From assembly GCA_965217865.1 (NCBI GenBank), contig CBDCJO010000002.1:4928001-4992000 (forward strand): a stretch of DNA of 64,000 nt. Reading direction: 5' to 3'. The DNA comes from Candidatus Latescibacterota bacterium (lineage in GTDB: Bacteria > Latescibacterota > UBA2968 > SICM01). Both the position numbers and the translations under genes were made by a program. Under the pieces are notes generated by a model that was not told the DNA's origin, ran no database searches, and saw nothing but the letters and a program-made list of their open reading frames with translations. Positions 52,990 through 64,000 of this stretch are shown in pieces; position 1 is the stretch's first letter, and each line of letters begins with the position of its first letter.

Positions 52990-53748
52990 ATGGCGCGCAT
53001 TCCCCTGGCCTTACAGATGTACACGGTTCGAGATTTGATGAAAGAGGACCTTGAAGGAACGTTTCGAACCGTTGCGGGGATCGGATACGCCGGGGTGGAG
53101 CTTGCAGGAGTTGCCGATCGACCTGCAAAGGAACTGAAGAAATTTCTGGATGAACTGGGTTTGAAGGTCGCGGGCTGCCACGTGGGTTTAGACCGGCTCG
53201 AGTCGGATTTGGATCAAGCGATTGACGAGTGTCTTGCTCTCGGCAGCCCTTACCTGGTGTGTCCCGCTCTCCCCGAGGACCGGCGGAACGATGAAGCAGA
53301 CTACCGGGAGATAGGCGAGGTGTTTTCGAAGATCGGAGAGGCATGCCGTCGGGAAGGAATCGTGTTTTGTTACCATAACCACAGCTTCGAATTCAAGAAA
53401 TTCAATGGGGTAAACGCCCTGGATGTCCTTTACGATTCATCCGATCCGGAACTGGTACAAGCAGAGCTGGATACCTACTGGGTGCAACACGGGGGTGAGG
53501 ATCCGGCTTCATACCTCAGGAAATACGCGGACCGTTGCCCGCTGGTTCACCTCAAGGATATGGAGGCAGGAGAGGAGATGTTCTTCGCCGAGGTGGGGGA
53601 GGGAATTATGGATTTCGATGCGATCTTCGACGCATCCGAAGGGGGCGGGGTGGCCTGGTATGTCGTTGAGCAGGACATCTGCCGTCGTCCTCCGATCGAG
53701 AGCGTCCGGTTGAGTTTCGAGAACTTAAAACGAATGGGAAAGGCCTGA
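52990..53748 (+). CDS. Sugar phosphate isomerase/epimerase
   Basis: LQMYTVR, YHNHSFEF, ELDTYW, HLKD, VEQD. Confidence 0.9.
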   Translation: MARIPLALQMYTVRDLMKEDLEGTFRTVAGIGYAGVELAGVADRPAKELKKFLDELGLKVAGCHVGLDRLESDLDQAIDECLALGSPYLVCPALPEDRRNDEADYREIGEVFSKIGEACRREGIVFCYHNHSFEFKKFNGVNALDVLYDSSDPELVQAELDTYWVQHGGEDPASYLRKYADRCPLVHLKDMEAGEEMFFAEVGEGIMDFDAIFDASEGGGVAWYVVEQDICRRPPIESVRLSFENLKRMGKA

Positions 53749-53784
53749 AACCGGAGCCTTAACCTTTCTGAAGGAGTCATTGTG

Positions 53785-54551
53785 ATGGCCGGCCGGCCTT
53801 ATCTGCTTGCTGAGACGACCTGGAAAACCGTCAAGGAGACCGAATACGAAGTAGCCGTGTTACCCTAGGGAGCCACCGAAGCGCACAATTATCACCTTCC
53901 CTACGCTACGGATATCATCGAATCCGATCACATCGGGGCTGAATCCGCACGAATCGCCTGGGAACGAGGGGCTAAGGTGGTCGTCCTGCCCACGGTGCCG
54001 TTTGGAGTCAACACCGGACAGCTGGACGTGAAACTTGACATCAACATGAACCCGAGCACCCAACTGGCCTTGTTGAACGATGTGGCGGAGGTCCTGTCAC
54101 GCCACGGGATTCCGAAACTCGTCATCCTGAACGGTCACGGCGGAAACGACTTCAAGCAGATGATTCGAGAGCTTGCACCTCTAGGCATCGATTGTTCATC
54201 TGTTCGCTCGACTGGTACCGGTGCATCGATTTGGAGGGGATTTTCGATGACCCGGGCGATCATGCCGGGGAGATGGAAACCAGTCTGATGCAACTCATCG
54301 CTCCGGATCTGGTCTTGCCTCTGACCGAAGCCGGAAGCGGTGCGGCGCGAAAGTTCCGGGTTGCGGGACTTCGAGAGGGGCTGGCGTGGTCCCAGCGCGA
54401 GTGGACGAAGGTCACTGCAGATACGGGGGTGGGGAATCCCTCCGCTTCGACCCCAGGAAAGGGGCGGCGATTCTTCGAGACCGTCACGCAGAAGGTCGGG
54501 GAATTCCTCGTGGACTTGGGTGAAGCGGACGTGAACGATATGTATGAGTAG
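53785..54551 (+). pseudogene. Creatininase-family protein with in-frame TAG (53866) and frameshift (about 54180)
   Basis: LP*GATEAHNYHLP..TD, NGHGGN, DHAGEMETS, TGVG. Confidence 0.82.
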
Positions 54552-54561
54552 TGGGGGAGAT

Positions 54562-55431
54562 ATGAAAAACGCATTCTTCAAAGGGCACGGCCTGGGAAAC
54601 GATTATATCGTCGTGGACCCGAGGGATCTGGATGTCCGCCTCACCCCTAAGAACGTGAGGGCGATATGCGACCGGAACTGGGGTATCGGGGGGGACGGGA
54701 TCCTCGCGCGTGTGGAATCCCGTAAAGCCGACTTCGGGCTGCGGATCTACAACCCGGACGGTAGCGAGGCGGAAAAATCGGGGAACGGACTTCGCATTTT
54801 CGCACGCTATCTCCACGCCTGCCGGATCACCCGTCGAAAGACGTTTTCCGTCGAGACGAAGGGAGGTCTGGTCAGGGTGACCCTGCATCTGGACCGGTTC
54901 GGAGACGCGAGCGCTGCGACGGTCGAAATGGGCAAGGCAACGTTTCGCCCCGAAGCGCTCCCGTGCACGCTGGAAGTGGATGAAGTCGTGTCAAGGCCGA
55001 TCAGCATCGAAGGCAGGAAACTCTTGATCACAGGGGTGAGCGTCGGCAACCCACACTGCGTGATCTTCAAACCCAAGGGTGCGAAGTGGACCCGGGAGGC
55101 CTTGCTCGGACTTGGACCCAAACTCGAAAACCACCCGATTTTTCCAAATCGCATCAACGTACAGCTTGCCGTTCCCACGGGTCCGCGGGGGTTGTTCATT
55201 CTGATCTGGGAGCGAGGGGCCGGTGAAACCCAGGCATCGGGCTCATCATCCTGTGCGGCCGCAAGTGCCGGGGTCCGTCTCGGGTTGGTTTCGAGCCCTG
55301 TCCAGGTCAAGTCACAAGGAGGCTCGCTTCGGATCGAAGTGGACCCGGATTATAATCTTACCATGAAAGGGGCTGTAGCGGAGGTGGGGCGAGGGGTTTT
55401 CAGCCCATCCTTCCTGCGAAGCCTGCGCTGA
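54562..55431 (+). CDS. dapF: Diaminopimelate epimerase-like protein, Ser/Ser active site
   Basis: KGHGLGNDY, GIGGDG, AEKSGNGLR, VGNPHCV, WERGAGETQASGSS. Confidence 0.8.
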   Translation: MKNAFFKGHGLGNDYIVVDPRDLDVRLTPKNVRAICDRNWGIGGDGILARVESRKADFGLRIYNPDGSEAEKSGNGLRIFARYLHACRITRRKTFSVETKGGLVRVTLHLDRFGDASAATVEMGKATFRPEALPCTLEVDEVVSRPISIEGRKLLITGVSVGNPHCVIFKPKGAKWTREALLGLGPKLENHPIFPNRINVQLAVPTGPRGLFILIWERGAGETQASGSSSCAAASAGVRLGLVSSPVQVKSQGGSLRIEVDPDYNLTMKGAVAEVGRGVFSPSFLRSLR

Positions 55432-55461
55432 TTCAGCCGTTATTGAACGGGGTTAAAATCG

Positions 55462-56718
55462 ATGAACTACAAAACCGATGTATTGGTGATCGGTGCCGGG
55501 GCCATCGGAATCTGTTCAGCCTACTATATTCGAGATCGGGGCCTTAACGTTACGGTGTTGGAAAAAGGCGAGGTTTGCTCGGGGAGTTCCTACGGAAACG
55601 CGGGACTGATTGTACCCAGCCACTGTGTTCCCCTGGCAGCCCCCGGGGTCATTTTCAAGTCCCTGAAATGGATGTTCAACCCGGAGAGCCCCTTTTATAT
55701 CAAACCCCGTTTTAACCTGGAATTCCTCTCGTGGCTTTGGCGATTTCGTGGGGCGTGCAACAAGAGACAGATGCAAAGGGCGATGCCGACCCTTCGGGAT
55801 CTAAGCCTGGCCAGCCTCGACCTGTTCGAAGAGCTTGCGGCCGTTGAAGATCTGTCGTTCGACTATGAAAAAAAAGGGATGTTGCGGGTGTACAAGGCCG
55901 AGAAAGGCCTGGATGAAGGTGCAAAGGAAGCCCGTCTTCTTCAGGAGATCGGGATTGAAGTCAGTGTGTTGAACGCCTCTGAAGTACGAGAGATCGAACC
56001 GCATTTTCATCCAGAAGTCATCGGCGGGGTATTTTTTCCCCAGGACGCCCACCTGGTTCCTGCGAGGTTCGTTCGGGGATTGGCCCAGCACCTAGAGAGG
56101 ATGGGCGGGGAAATCCATACTTCAACCGAAGTGCTTGGGTTCGAGACAACCGGTCGAAGGATCTCCACGGTGAAAACGACGAGAGGGAACTTTTCCGCAC
56201 GTCAGATCGTTCTTGCGGGAGGTGCCTGGTCTCCGGGAATCACGAATAGGTTGGGGCTCAATCTGCCCATCCAGGCGGGTAAGGGCTACAGCATCACGTT
56301 TAAACGACCGCCGAATTGTCCTTCTGTGCCGATCACGCTTGCGGATGCCAAGGTGGGGATTACCCCGATGGGCGATACGCTGCGATTGGCCGGGACGCTG
56401 GAACTGGCAGGCCTGGATCTCTCGATCAATATCCGCCGCGTCGGTGCGATCCTGAAGACCGTCCCGACCTATCTCCCGAAGATCGACCCGGAGGGTCTTG
56501 AGCTGATCGAAATCTGGCGCGGTTTGAGACCCTGCACGCCGGACGGGCTTCCATTCCTGGGTCGTCCCAAGGCTTTCGAAAACCTCGTGGTGGCGGCGGG
56601 ACACGCTATGATCGGGGTTTCCCTGAGTCCGGTGACCGGCAAGCTGGTGTCGGAACTCGTCGATGAAAAGGAACCTTCGATCGATCTGAATACACTCAGC
56701 GTGGACCGTTTCGATTGA
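55462..56718 (+). CDS. FAD-dependent D-amino-acid dehydrogenase-like oxidoreductase
   Basis: VIGAGAIG, SSYGNAG, GKGYS, GLRPCTPDG, GHAMIG. Confidence 0.88.
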   Translation: MNYKTDVLVIGAGAIGICSAYYIRDRGLNVTVLEKGEVCSGSSYGNAGLIVPSHCVPLAAPGVIFKSLKWMFNPESPFYIKPRFNLEFLSWLWRFRGACNKRQMQRAMPTLRDLSLASLDLFEELAAVEDLSFDYEKKGMLRVYKAEKGLDEGAKEARLLQEIGIEVSVLNASEVREIEPHFHPEVIGGVFFPQDAHLVPARFVRGLAQHLERMGGEIHTSTEVLGFETTGRRISTVKTTRGNFSARQIVLAGGAWSPGITNRLGLNLPIQAGKGYSITFKRPPNCPSVPITLADAKVGITPMGDTLRLAGTLELAGLDLSINIRRVGAILKTVPTYLPKIDPEGLELIEIWRGLRPCTPDGLPFLGRPKAFENLVVAAGHAMIGVSLSPVTGKLVSELVDEKEPSIDLNTLSVDRFD

Positions 56719-56865
56719 GAAGACCGTGGATCGGAAAACCCGTGGATCGTGGATCGTGATTCGGGGATCGGAAAAGCCGGGGTCCGTGGATCGTGACTCG
56801 GAAAATCCCGAATCCTATCGATTAAAATCCTTGACCGTTCAAAAAATTATTCGCATCGATTCTTA

Positions 56866-57065
56866 ACGAATCACGAATCACGAATCACGAATCACGAATC
56901 ACGAATCACGAATCACGAATCACGAATCACGAATCACGAATCACGAATCACGAATCACGAATCACGAATCACGAATCACGAATCACGAATCACGAATCAC
57001 GAATCACGAATCACGAATCACGAATCACGAATCACGAATCACGAATCACGAATCACGAATCACGA
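56866..57065. repeat. Perfect heptamer tandem repeat (ACGAATC) x about 28
   Basis: Uninterrupted 200-bp tract. Confidence 0.98.
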
Positions 57066-57086
57066 CTTTGAGGCTTTGATATCTCA

Positions 57087-60000
57087 ATGGCATTTAGCTT
57101 AAATCGTTTCCTCCTGCTCACATTGTTAGCAGGGGCAGTCCTGTTTCCGAGTCGTGTCGATCCTATTGAGTTTAAACCCCGCATCGAGGGTTTGCTGTCA
57201 GAGGCTTTGGGGGCCAGGATTGAGATCAGGGAGCTCCACTGGGTTTCTTTATCCGAGGTATCCGCTGAGGGAATTGTTGCAAAAAAAGAGGGGGTGGTGG
57301 TCGCACGGGCTGAGCGTCTTCGAATCGTGGGCGCCCCATCGGCTCTCCTGAAGATGAGAGTGGTCCTGGATACGCTCGAGGTTCTCCCTCCATCCGCGTA
57401 AACCGGGATGATGCCGGGAGGTGGGAACTTCCGGTCCTGAACCTCCGTGAGGATGCCTCTTCCGGTGGTAAACCCGCTGGACTTTTCGTTGAGATCCGAC
57501 ACGGGATGTTGCGGGACGCCTCGCTCGAACCGGGTGGGGAAGAGACTTCTGCGAGTCTCAAGGGAATGGATCTGGACTTTTCCCTTCTGCGTACTGGGGA
57601 CGGACTTTCGTTCCGCTTCCGGGATCTGAATTTCGAGGTTGACGCCCCGAATCTTTTTTTCCGGAATGGTAGAGGTACCGCGCTTTTCCGCCCAGACCAG
57701 ATCGACCTGGCAGGGATACAGATTGAAACGGAGTTGTCTTCCCTTCGTGTAGATGGATACGTGCGGGATCTATCGGATCCCAAAATCGATCTGTCCCTGA
57801 ACGCCGAGCCTCTCGCGTCGGAAGAGTTGAAGTCCCTTCTTCCGAATTTGCCCTTCGTGGGACCCCTGGGGTTGACGGCCTTTTTGACCGGAAGTGCGGA
57901 TAGCCTCGCCGTGTCTGGGGCGTTGAATACGGTGGGTGGGGTCCTGGAGGGAAGCGTCATCCTGAATCCGCGGGTGTCTCCCGTGACCTACGACGCGATC
58001 GCCTTAAAGGCCAACGGGATAGATTTGAGAGGCCTGACCGGGCGCGTAAGGGACACGGACCTCAACTTCATCTTACACGGATCCGGGGCCGGACTCGGGT
58101 CGGATAACGCCACATTAGAGGGGTCCTTCGCGTTGGATCCCTCTTTGTTCAGGGGCAGGTCTATAAGCTCTCCCCGCGTGCAGGTTCGGTTGAAAGAGGG
58201 TCACCTCCGGGCAGAGGGGACAATCCGGATCGGAAGGGGGGCCTTTCAAGGGAAGGCGGAATTGACCATCAGTGAGGACCGATATCGGATCCACGGAGAG
58301 GTGTCGAACCTGGACCTGGCAACCCTCACCGGAAATGGAGATCTAAAGAGCCGTCTGGTTGGACGGATCGAAATCAATGGTTCCGGAATGGACCTTGATG
58401 GAATGGACATGAAAGGCAGGGGGGTTTTCAAGAAATCAGAAATCCGGGGTTACACGTTTGGCGCGGTCGAGACCGGACTGCGGTTTGAAAGAAGAATTCT
58501 GACTCTGGATCGATTTGTCCTCAATGCTCCGGAAGGAAAAGCCCAGGGCACGTTTCGCGTGGCATTTCCCGCGGATCGTCCCTGGTCTTACGGGGGGGAG
58601 ATCGACGTGTCTTCCCTGGACCTGGGTATCGTGACGGGAGACTCCACCTATCAGAGCGATCTCAATCTGGCAGTGGCAGTCGCCGGAGAGGAGATGGGGG
58701 AATTGAGCTTTCGGGTAGAGGGAGGCGAATCCACATTGATCGGGATCCCGATCGAAGATCTCCTTGCCGGGGGAAGCCTTCAGGGGGGCGTGTGGACCGT
58801 CAAGCGCTTGGATCTGAACAGCGAGGATATGGCTTTCCAGGCCGTCGGAAAGGTGGGCCCCTCTGATTCTATCGACATGCAGGCCAACGTTCGGGGAAAG
58901 GCCTCCGCCTCATTCAAGGGAATGGATTTGGCCTTTCAAGGCGATGCTTCGAGCGTGATACAGGGTCGCCTTGGCAACTTGAAGGTGGTGGTTTCGGGGC
59001 GGTCGGACAGCTTTCAAGTCGGAGAGACCCGTTTCAAAGACGCTTTGATCGACCTGGATGTGAACGGTGTTGACGTCCGACGAGACCTTGCGGGAATTGG
59101 TTCGACCGTTCTGGGTGACCTCACCTTGAGCGTGGGGGAGTTCGGTATCAAATCATTTAGAATCAATGATGTGATCGCAGGATTTCTATTAAGTCCGGGG
59201 GTCGCGGACTTTGGGTTGAATATTTCCCCGGCAGAGGATGTACGAATCGAGGCTGCGGGGCTGATCAGGTTTGGAAGGGAGGGGCTGGTTGCCCGATTGG
59301 ATACCCTTTTCGCCGAACTGGAGAAGGCTCATTTAAAAAATGAGGGTCAGAGTCATCTTCATTATGCCTATGGCGGAGGCTTTCGCCTCGACAGCCTCCG
59401 GGTGGTCCAGGAAACCGGGGCCCTGACCGTGAACGGGGAAGTGGATGAAGGTGGATCCATTCAAGCGGACATCCGGCTGGACGGGATAGATCTAAACGTG
59501 TGGGAGAATCTCCTTGGCCGAAAGGATGGAATTTCGGGAATCCTGAACCTGAGAGCTTCCGCTTCCGGGGAACTGGGAGATCCTGTATTGACAGGTCAGA
59601 TCGCGATTTCGGACGGCCGGGTCTCTGACTTCGCATACCATCGGCTAGGGGGGGAATTCGGATATCGTTGGGGGCGGGGAACCGTGGACTTCCGTTTGAA
59701 CCAGGATATCCAGCCCTCCGAAGGCCCCCAACTGGGACCAAGGGAGTTGATTCTTCAGGGGGAGTTTCCATTTCCGGCAAAGCCGAAAGGGACACTCGAT
59801 CTCCAAGTCCGTTCGGAGGATCTGGATCTCTCGTTCCTGCAGACGGCCTTCCCTGATTTCAAGGAGGTCAGCGGAAAGCTGCAGGGTGATCTCGGGGTGA
59901 AGGGGACGGTCCAGGATCCGATCTTCACCGGATTCGTGGAAATTCCCGGGGGTCGCCTGAAGGTCCAATCTCTTGGATTGAGCCTGGAGGATGTTCGGCT

Positions 60001-61114
60001 GCGCGTAGATGGCACGCCCGAAGGAATTTCATTGACGAACCTGAACCTCAAAACAAAGGGGGGGGCGCTGGACGCGGGAGGTCGTATCGATCTGGAGGGT
60101 CTTCGGATGAATACGTTCGATGTGACGATTAACGTCCAGGATTTCGACCTCTTGGATCGAAAAGACGCCCAACTCACGATCAAAGGAGAGATGCGTTTAG
60201 CCGGGGAGCGGGGGAAACCGGAATTGAAGGGGGACCTGGTCGTCCAACGGGCCCTGATTTCCCTCGGCCCCGATCAAGGGGGGACGTCCTCTTTCTGGGA
60301 TTCCGATCTCATCCGAGAGTTGGAGTGTCACGGACGGTTGAGCATCCCCCGCAACGCCTGGATTAGAGCCGACAACTTCAGTGCGGAGGTCCACGGAGAT
60401 ATCGAAGTGCGGAAGTCGGGGCCGGGGTTTGTCCTGTATGGTGGGGTGGAGACCATTCGAGGAGAGTACGTGTTTCAAAATGCAGCATTTTCGATAGAGC
60501 GAGGCGAGGTACGATTTCAAGGGACACCCGATAACGACCCCAACCTTTACATCCTGGGAACGCGTCGAATTCCGAGGGTGTTGCCGGATGCCAATGGAAA
60601 CGCCACACGGGGTCTTCAGATCAACGTGGTAGTCGGGGGTACAATCCAAAACCCTCAAGTCTCCCTTGAGAGCGATGCACCCACCCCGCTGGATCAGGCC
60701 GATCTCCTTTCTTATCTGTTGTTCGGCCTGCCGGCCAACCAGTCACTCCTCGGATCAGTTGGCGGCGGGGGCGGGGCTGAAAATGTCCAGGCTCAAGCCC
60801 AGATTCTCGCGATGGGGATCGCGGCCAATCGATTGAAGCGGACAGTAGGCCGGGAACTCGGGCTGGACGTACTTGAAGTAGAACTTGGGGGGGGTAAAGA
60901 GACGTTGACTCGGCTCGCGGTCGGGAAATACGTTTCGCCCGATCTGCTGCTCACGTTCAGCCAGGACTATATCCCGGAAGATGGCCAAGGCCTTGAGAGG
61001 ATGGGGAGAAAGGTGTCGGTGGAGTACGAGTTGGGCAGGCACTTTGGACTGAGCGGAAGCGTGGACGACCGGAGGAGGACCGAGTTGGATCTGATCTGGA
61101 AGATGGAATGGTGA
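57087..61114 (+). CDS. TamB/AsmA-like protein, frameshifted near 57385
   Basis: N-terminal TM in ORF 57087-57401; second frame open from about 57385; C-terminal DUF490-like LSYLLFG...VGKY...VEYEL. Confidence 0.8.
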
Positions 61115-61140
61115 GTAAGGCCCTTCCGCCCATCCCCACC

Positions 61141-61460
61141 GGAATACAGAATACAGAATACAGAAGACAGGAGTAAAGAAACTGTCAAACGTGAGACGTG
61201 AAATCGTGAGACGGGAAAAGCAGTTGCAGGGAGGGGCGAAGTCAGCGGTAGGGTAAAGAAAATGCAAAGTGCAAAAACTCAAAAATAGAAAGTGCAAGAG
61301 TCAGGGGCTAGTGGGAATTGAAGATTGAATATCGAAGAGATCCATTTAGCCAAAAGCAAGTCCTGAGGTTTTCAAATATTCAATTCTCCGATATTCAATA
61401 TTCAATGAAGGTTGTTGGGTCGGAGGTTGGGGCAGTCCCTTGATCCCTGGGCCCTGAGCC
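61141..61460. repeat. Mosaic degenerate heptamer-repeat patch
   Basis: GAATACA x3, ACGTGAG, AAGTGCA, ATTGAAG / ATTCAAT units between convergent genes. Confidence 0.65.
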
Positions 61461-61461
61461 C

Positions 61462-62745
61462 CTATTTAACCTTTACGACCACCATTGTCATGTCGTCGGC
61501 CTGGTGGGTGCCACGGATGAAAGTCCGGATGGCGTCCCGGATATGGTTAAGGATATCTTCAGCGGAGGCATCCCTGTTGCTGCGTAAGACCCGGCGAAGG
61601 CGTTCTTCTCCGAAGAGATTCCCCTCCCGGTCCGTGGCTTCGGTGATGCCGTCCGTGAAAAGGAATAGGACATCGGAGGGTTCGAGCTTTACCTGCCCCT
61701 CCCGGTAAACCTGATCCCGAAACAATCCCAGGGGAGGACCTCCATCGTCAAGGAACATCTCAAGGCCGTAGCGTAACAACAACGGGGGGTTATGGCCGGC
61801 GTTGGTGTAAGTTATGACGCGTTCTCGAACGTTAAGAGATGCGTAAAAGAGTGTGACGAATTCGTGAGGTCGGGTGTCACGGCAGAGCCCCCGGTTGACC
61901 CTGGCCACGATGTCCCGAATAAAGACCGACCCCTCGATTTCCGCCCTCAGGGCCGCACGTGCTGCGGACATCAGAATCGCCGACGGGATGCCCTTTCCGA
62001 CAACGTCTGCGATTACGAAGCCCAGATGTTCTGACGGAAGTTCGATAAAGTCGTAAAAATCACCCCCTACCTCGAATGACGGGATGTTGAGCGCTGCGAA
62101 CTCGAAACCATCGGGCTGAGGACTCTGAGACGGTATCAGGTTCCGTAAGATGTCTCCTGCGATGTCGAGCTCGTGTTCGATCCGGTGTGCATCTACCAGC
62201 TCCCGGTGGAGTTCGGCAATTTCGATCGCAACAGCGGATTGATTGGCCATAGCCTGAAACAGGACGACTTCCTCCTGGTCGAAGACACGGGGCTGGATGG
62301 TGTAGGCGGTGATGGCCCCGAATGCCTTTCCCGCCCGCATCAATCCCACGCACAGCATGGAAGCGATCCCCTCTTTGATTGCCGCGGCCGGATACTGGAT
62401 GCGGGTATCGCTTTTTACATCATAGACCTGCGTTACCGTTCCGCGTTCGAACACGTTTCGAAACACACCTTTCCAGACGACCACCGGACCTTTGTTAACA
62501 TAGCTTGGACTCAATCCTGAGACGGCCCGGAGGACCATCTCACCGGTTTTATCGTCCAGCATCCGGATCGTACATGCCTTAACGCCCAGAACAGAAGTGG
62601 CGATGGAGGTAATTCGTTGTAGAAGGCCTTCCAGCTCGAATCCGGATGTCAGTGCGAGGCTGATTTCATAAAGGGACGAGATGTCTCGGAGATGCCCTCG
62701 CGAAGACGGATCATCAGCCGCATCTTGGGCAATGTCGTCAGGCAT
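61462..62745 (-). CDS. GAF + SpoIIE (PP2C/RsbU-like) phosphatase
   Basis: VGGDFYD, IADVVGKG, NAGHNPP, TDGITE, DDMT. Confidence 0.92.
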   Translation of the reverse strand: MPDDIAQDAADDPSSRGHLRDISSLYEISLALTSGFELEGLLQRITSIATSVLGVKACTIRMLDDKTGEMVLRAVSGLSPSYVNKGPVVVWKGVFRNVFERGTVTQVYDVKSDTRIQYPAAAIKEGIASMLCVGLMRAGKAFGAITAYTIQPRVFDQEEVVLFQAMANQSAVAIEIAELHRELVDAHRIEHELDIAGDILRNLIPSQSPQPDGFEFAALNIPSFEVGGDFYDFIELPSEHLGFVIADVVGKGIPSAILMSAARAALRAEIEGSVFIRDIVARVNRGLCRDTRPHEFVTLFYASLNVRERVITYTNAGHNPPLLLRYGLEMFLDDGGPPLGLFRDQVYREGQVKLEPSDVLFLFTDGITEATDREGNLFGEERLRRVLRSNRDASAEDILNHIRDAIRTFIRGTHQADDMTMVVVKVK

Positions 62746-62860
62746 AACTATTGACTCAGCTGTTTTCGAACGAACGGGTTCCGCTGATTTTTAAGTTTCA
62801 CTCGACAAAGGATTCAACTTTACCCAATTCTCATTTACTTGTCAATTTCTTTCGGACCTT

Positions 62861-63985
62861 ATGCGAATCGGAATCGACGGACGGGAATTGATTCGAGGGC
62901 AGGTGACCGGAATCGCCCGCTTCCTCAGGAATTTTTTGGAAGGGGTATCGATTCTAAAACCTCCCCACGAGATCATTCTCTTCGGAAATCAAAGGACAGA
63001 CCCCACGGGCGTTCCGGACCAGGCAACTTTAAGAGTGATCCCGGAGCGCGTGACCACGTGGTGGGATCATATCTCCTTGTCCCAAGCCATTGAGCGACAC
63101 GGCATCGATGTCTTTTTTTCGCCGTTTGACAAAGGCCCGCTCAGGGGCGGATGCCCGCTGGTGATTTCGGTCCACGATCTCTTCTTTCTGACCCTGTCGG
63201 AAAAAAGCGGGATCAAACGTGCGGTGTATGATCGCTATTATTTCCTTCTCCGTCGCAGAATTTTTAACCGGGCGTCGGCCATCGTCACAGTTTCCGAGGT
63301 CTCCAAGGGAGACATTGTATCGTTGTTTAACATTCCGCCGGATCGGATCCACATTGTTCCTAACGCTGTGACGGGGTCTATCCAAATGGTGGACGATGCG
63401 TTTGAGATTGAACGGGTAAAAGCGAAGTACGGCGTATCGGGTGAATATCTGATGTTCGTCGGAAATTTCAAACCTCACAAAAATGTGAAGTCCCTTCTGG
63501 ATGCCTTTATCCACTTGCCAGAACAGATCCAGGGAAAGTATACCCTTCTGTTGTGCGGGTATTTGGACGCCTTTGGAGAACAGACCCGACGAGCGGCAGA
63601 TGCACGGAATCTCCAGGGCCGGGTGCATTTCACCGGGGCGGTTACGGATGAAGATCTTCCTGCTCTCTATTCCGGAGCCTCGGCATTTCTCTTCCCATCC
63701 CTGTACGAAGGTTTCGGCATTCCGCCTCTCGAGGCGATGGCCTGCGGGACCCCCGTGATCTGTTCAGATGCACCTCCTCTGCCGGATGTCGTGGGTGATG
63801 CCGCTCTGGTGGTGAATGCCCGGCATCCCGAGGCAATCGCAAAGGCCGTGGTGAGGGTTCTGACCGATCAAGCGTTCTCATCAGAGCTTAGAGATAAAGG
63901 TCTCAAACGGGCAGGCCACTTCTCGGTGGAACGCGTCACACGGATGGTGCTTGAAGTCCTTGAACACGTCAAAGTTTCCCGGTAA
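62861..63985 (+). CDS. Glycosyltransferase family 4
   Basis: [30 protein letters not shown]. Confidence 0.92.
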   Translation: MRIGIDGRELIRGQVTGIARFLRNFLEGVSILKPPHEIILFGNQRTDPTGVPDQATLRVIPERVTTWWDHISLSQAIERHGIDVFFSPFDKGPLRGGCPLVISVHDLFFLTLSEKSGIKRAVYDRYYFLLRRRIFNRASAIVTVSEVSKGDIVSLFNIPPDRIHIVPNAVTGSIQMVDDAFEIERVKAKYGVSGEYLMFVGNFKPHKNVKSLLDAFIHLPEQIQGKYTLLLCGYLDAFGEQTRRAADARNLQGRVHFTGAVTDEDLPALYSGASAFLFPSLYEGFGIPPLEAMACGTPVICSDAPPLPDVVGDAALVVNARHPEAIAKAVVRVLTDQAFSSELRDKGLKRAGHFSVERVTRMVLEVLEHVKVSR

Positions 63986-64000
63986 GGTCAAGCGGCGTCG

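Overview
Bacterial genomic window with moderate-to-high GC. Gene content suggests an uncultured FCB-group lineage such as Latescibacterota/KSB1, but this is a guess. The left part (1-31.6 kb) and right part (53-64 kb) carry housekeeping and metabolic genes: purN, TPP riboswitch-thiC, sucD, rsfS, mtnA, mreD-mrdA-rodA-lgt, carA, a dapF-like gene, a TamB-like gene, a GAF-SpoIIE phosphatase and a GT4. The middle (about 31.7-52.9 kb) is a + strand integron-type cassette array with about 7 full and several eroded attC-like sites and no integrase in the window. It contains three copies of a conserved 180-320 bp non-coding leader. Two copies end in an attI-like core directly followed by a cassette; the third sits inside an apparently ORF-less cassette. 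The array also holds an IS630 remnant, an IS1182-like IS and an IS110-family element with a long 3' non-coding end (candidate bridge/seekRNA). Other features are a perfect (AATCACG)x28 tract, mosaic heptamer-repeat patches, REP-like repeats, a DapF homologue with both catalytic Cys replaced by Ser, and several frameshifts or Trp-to-stop changes that may be sequencing artefacts. All calls come from reading motifs by eye; no searches were run.
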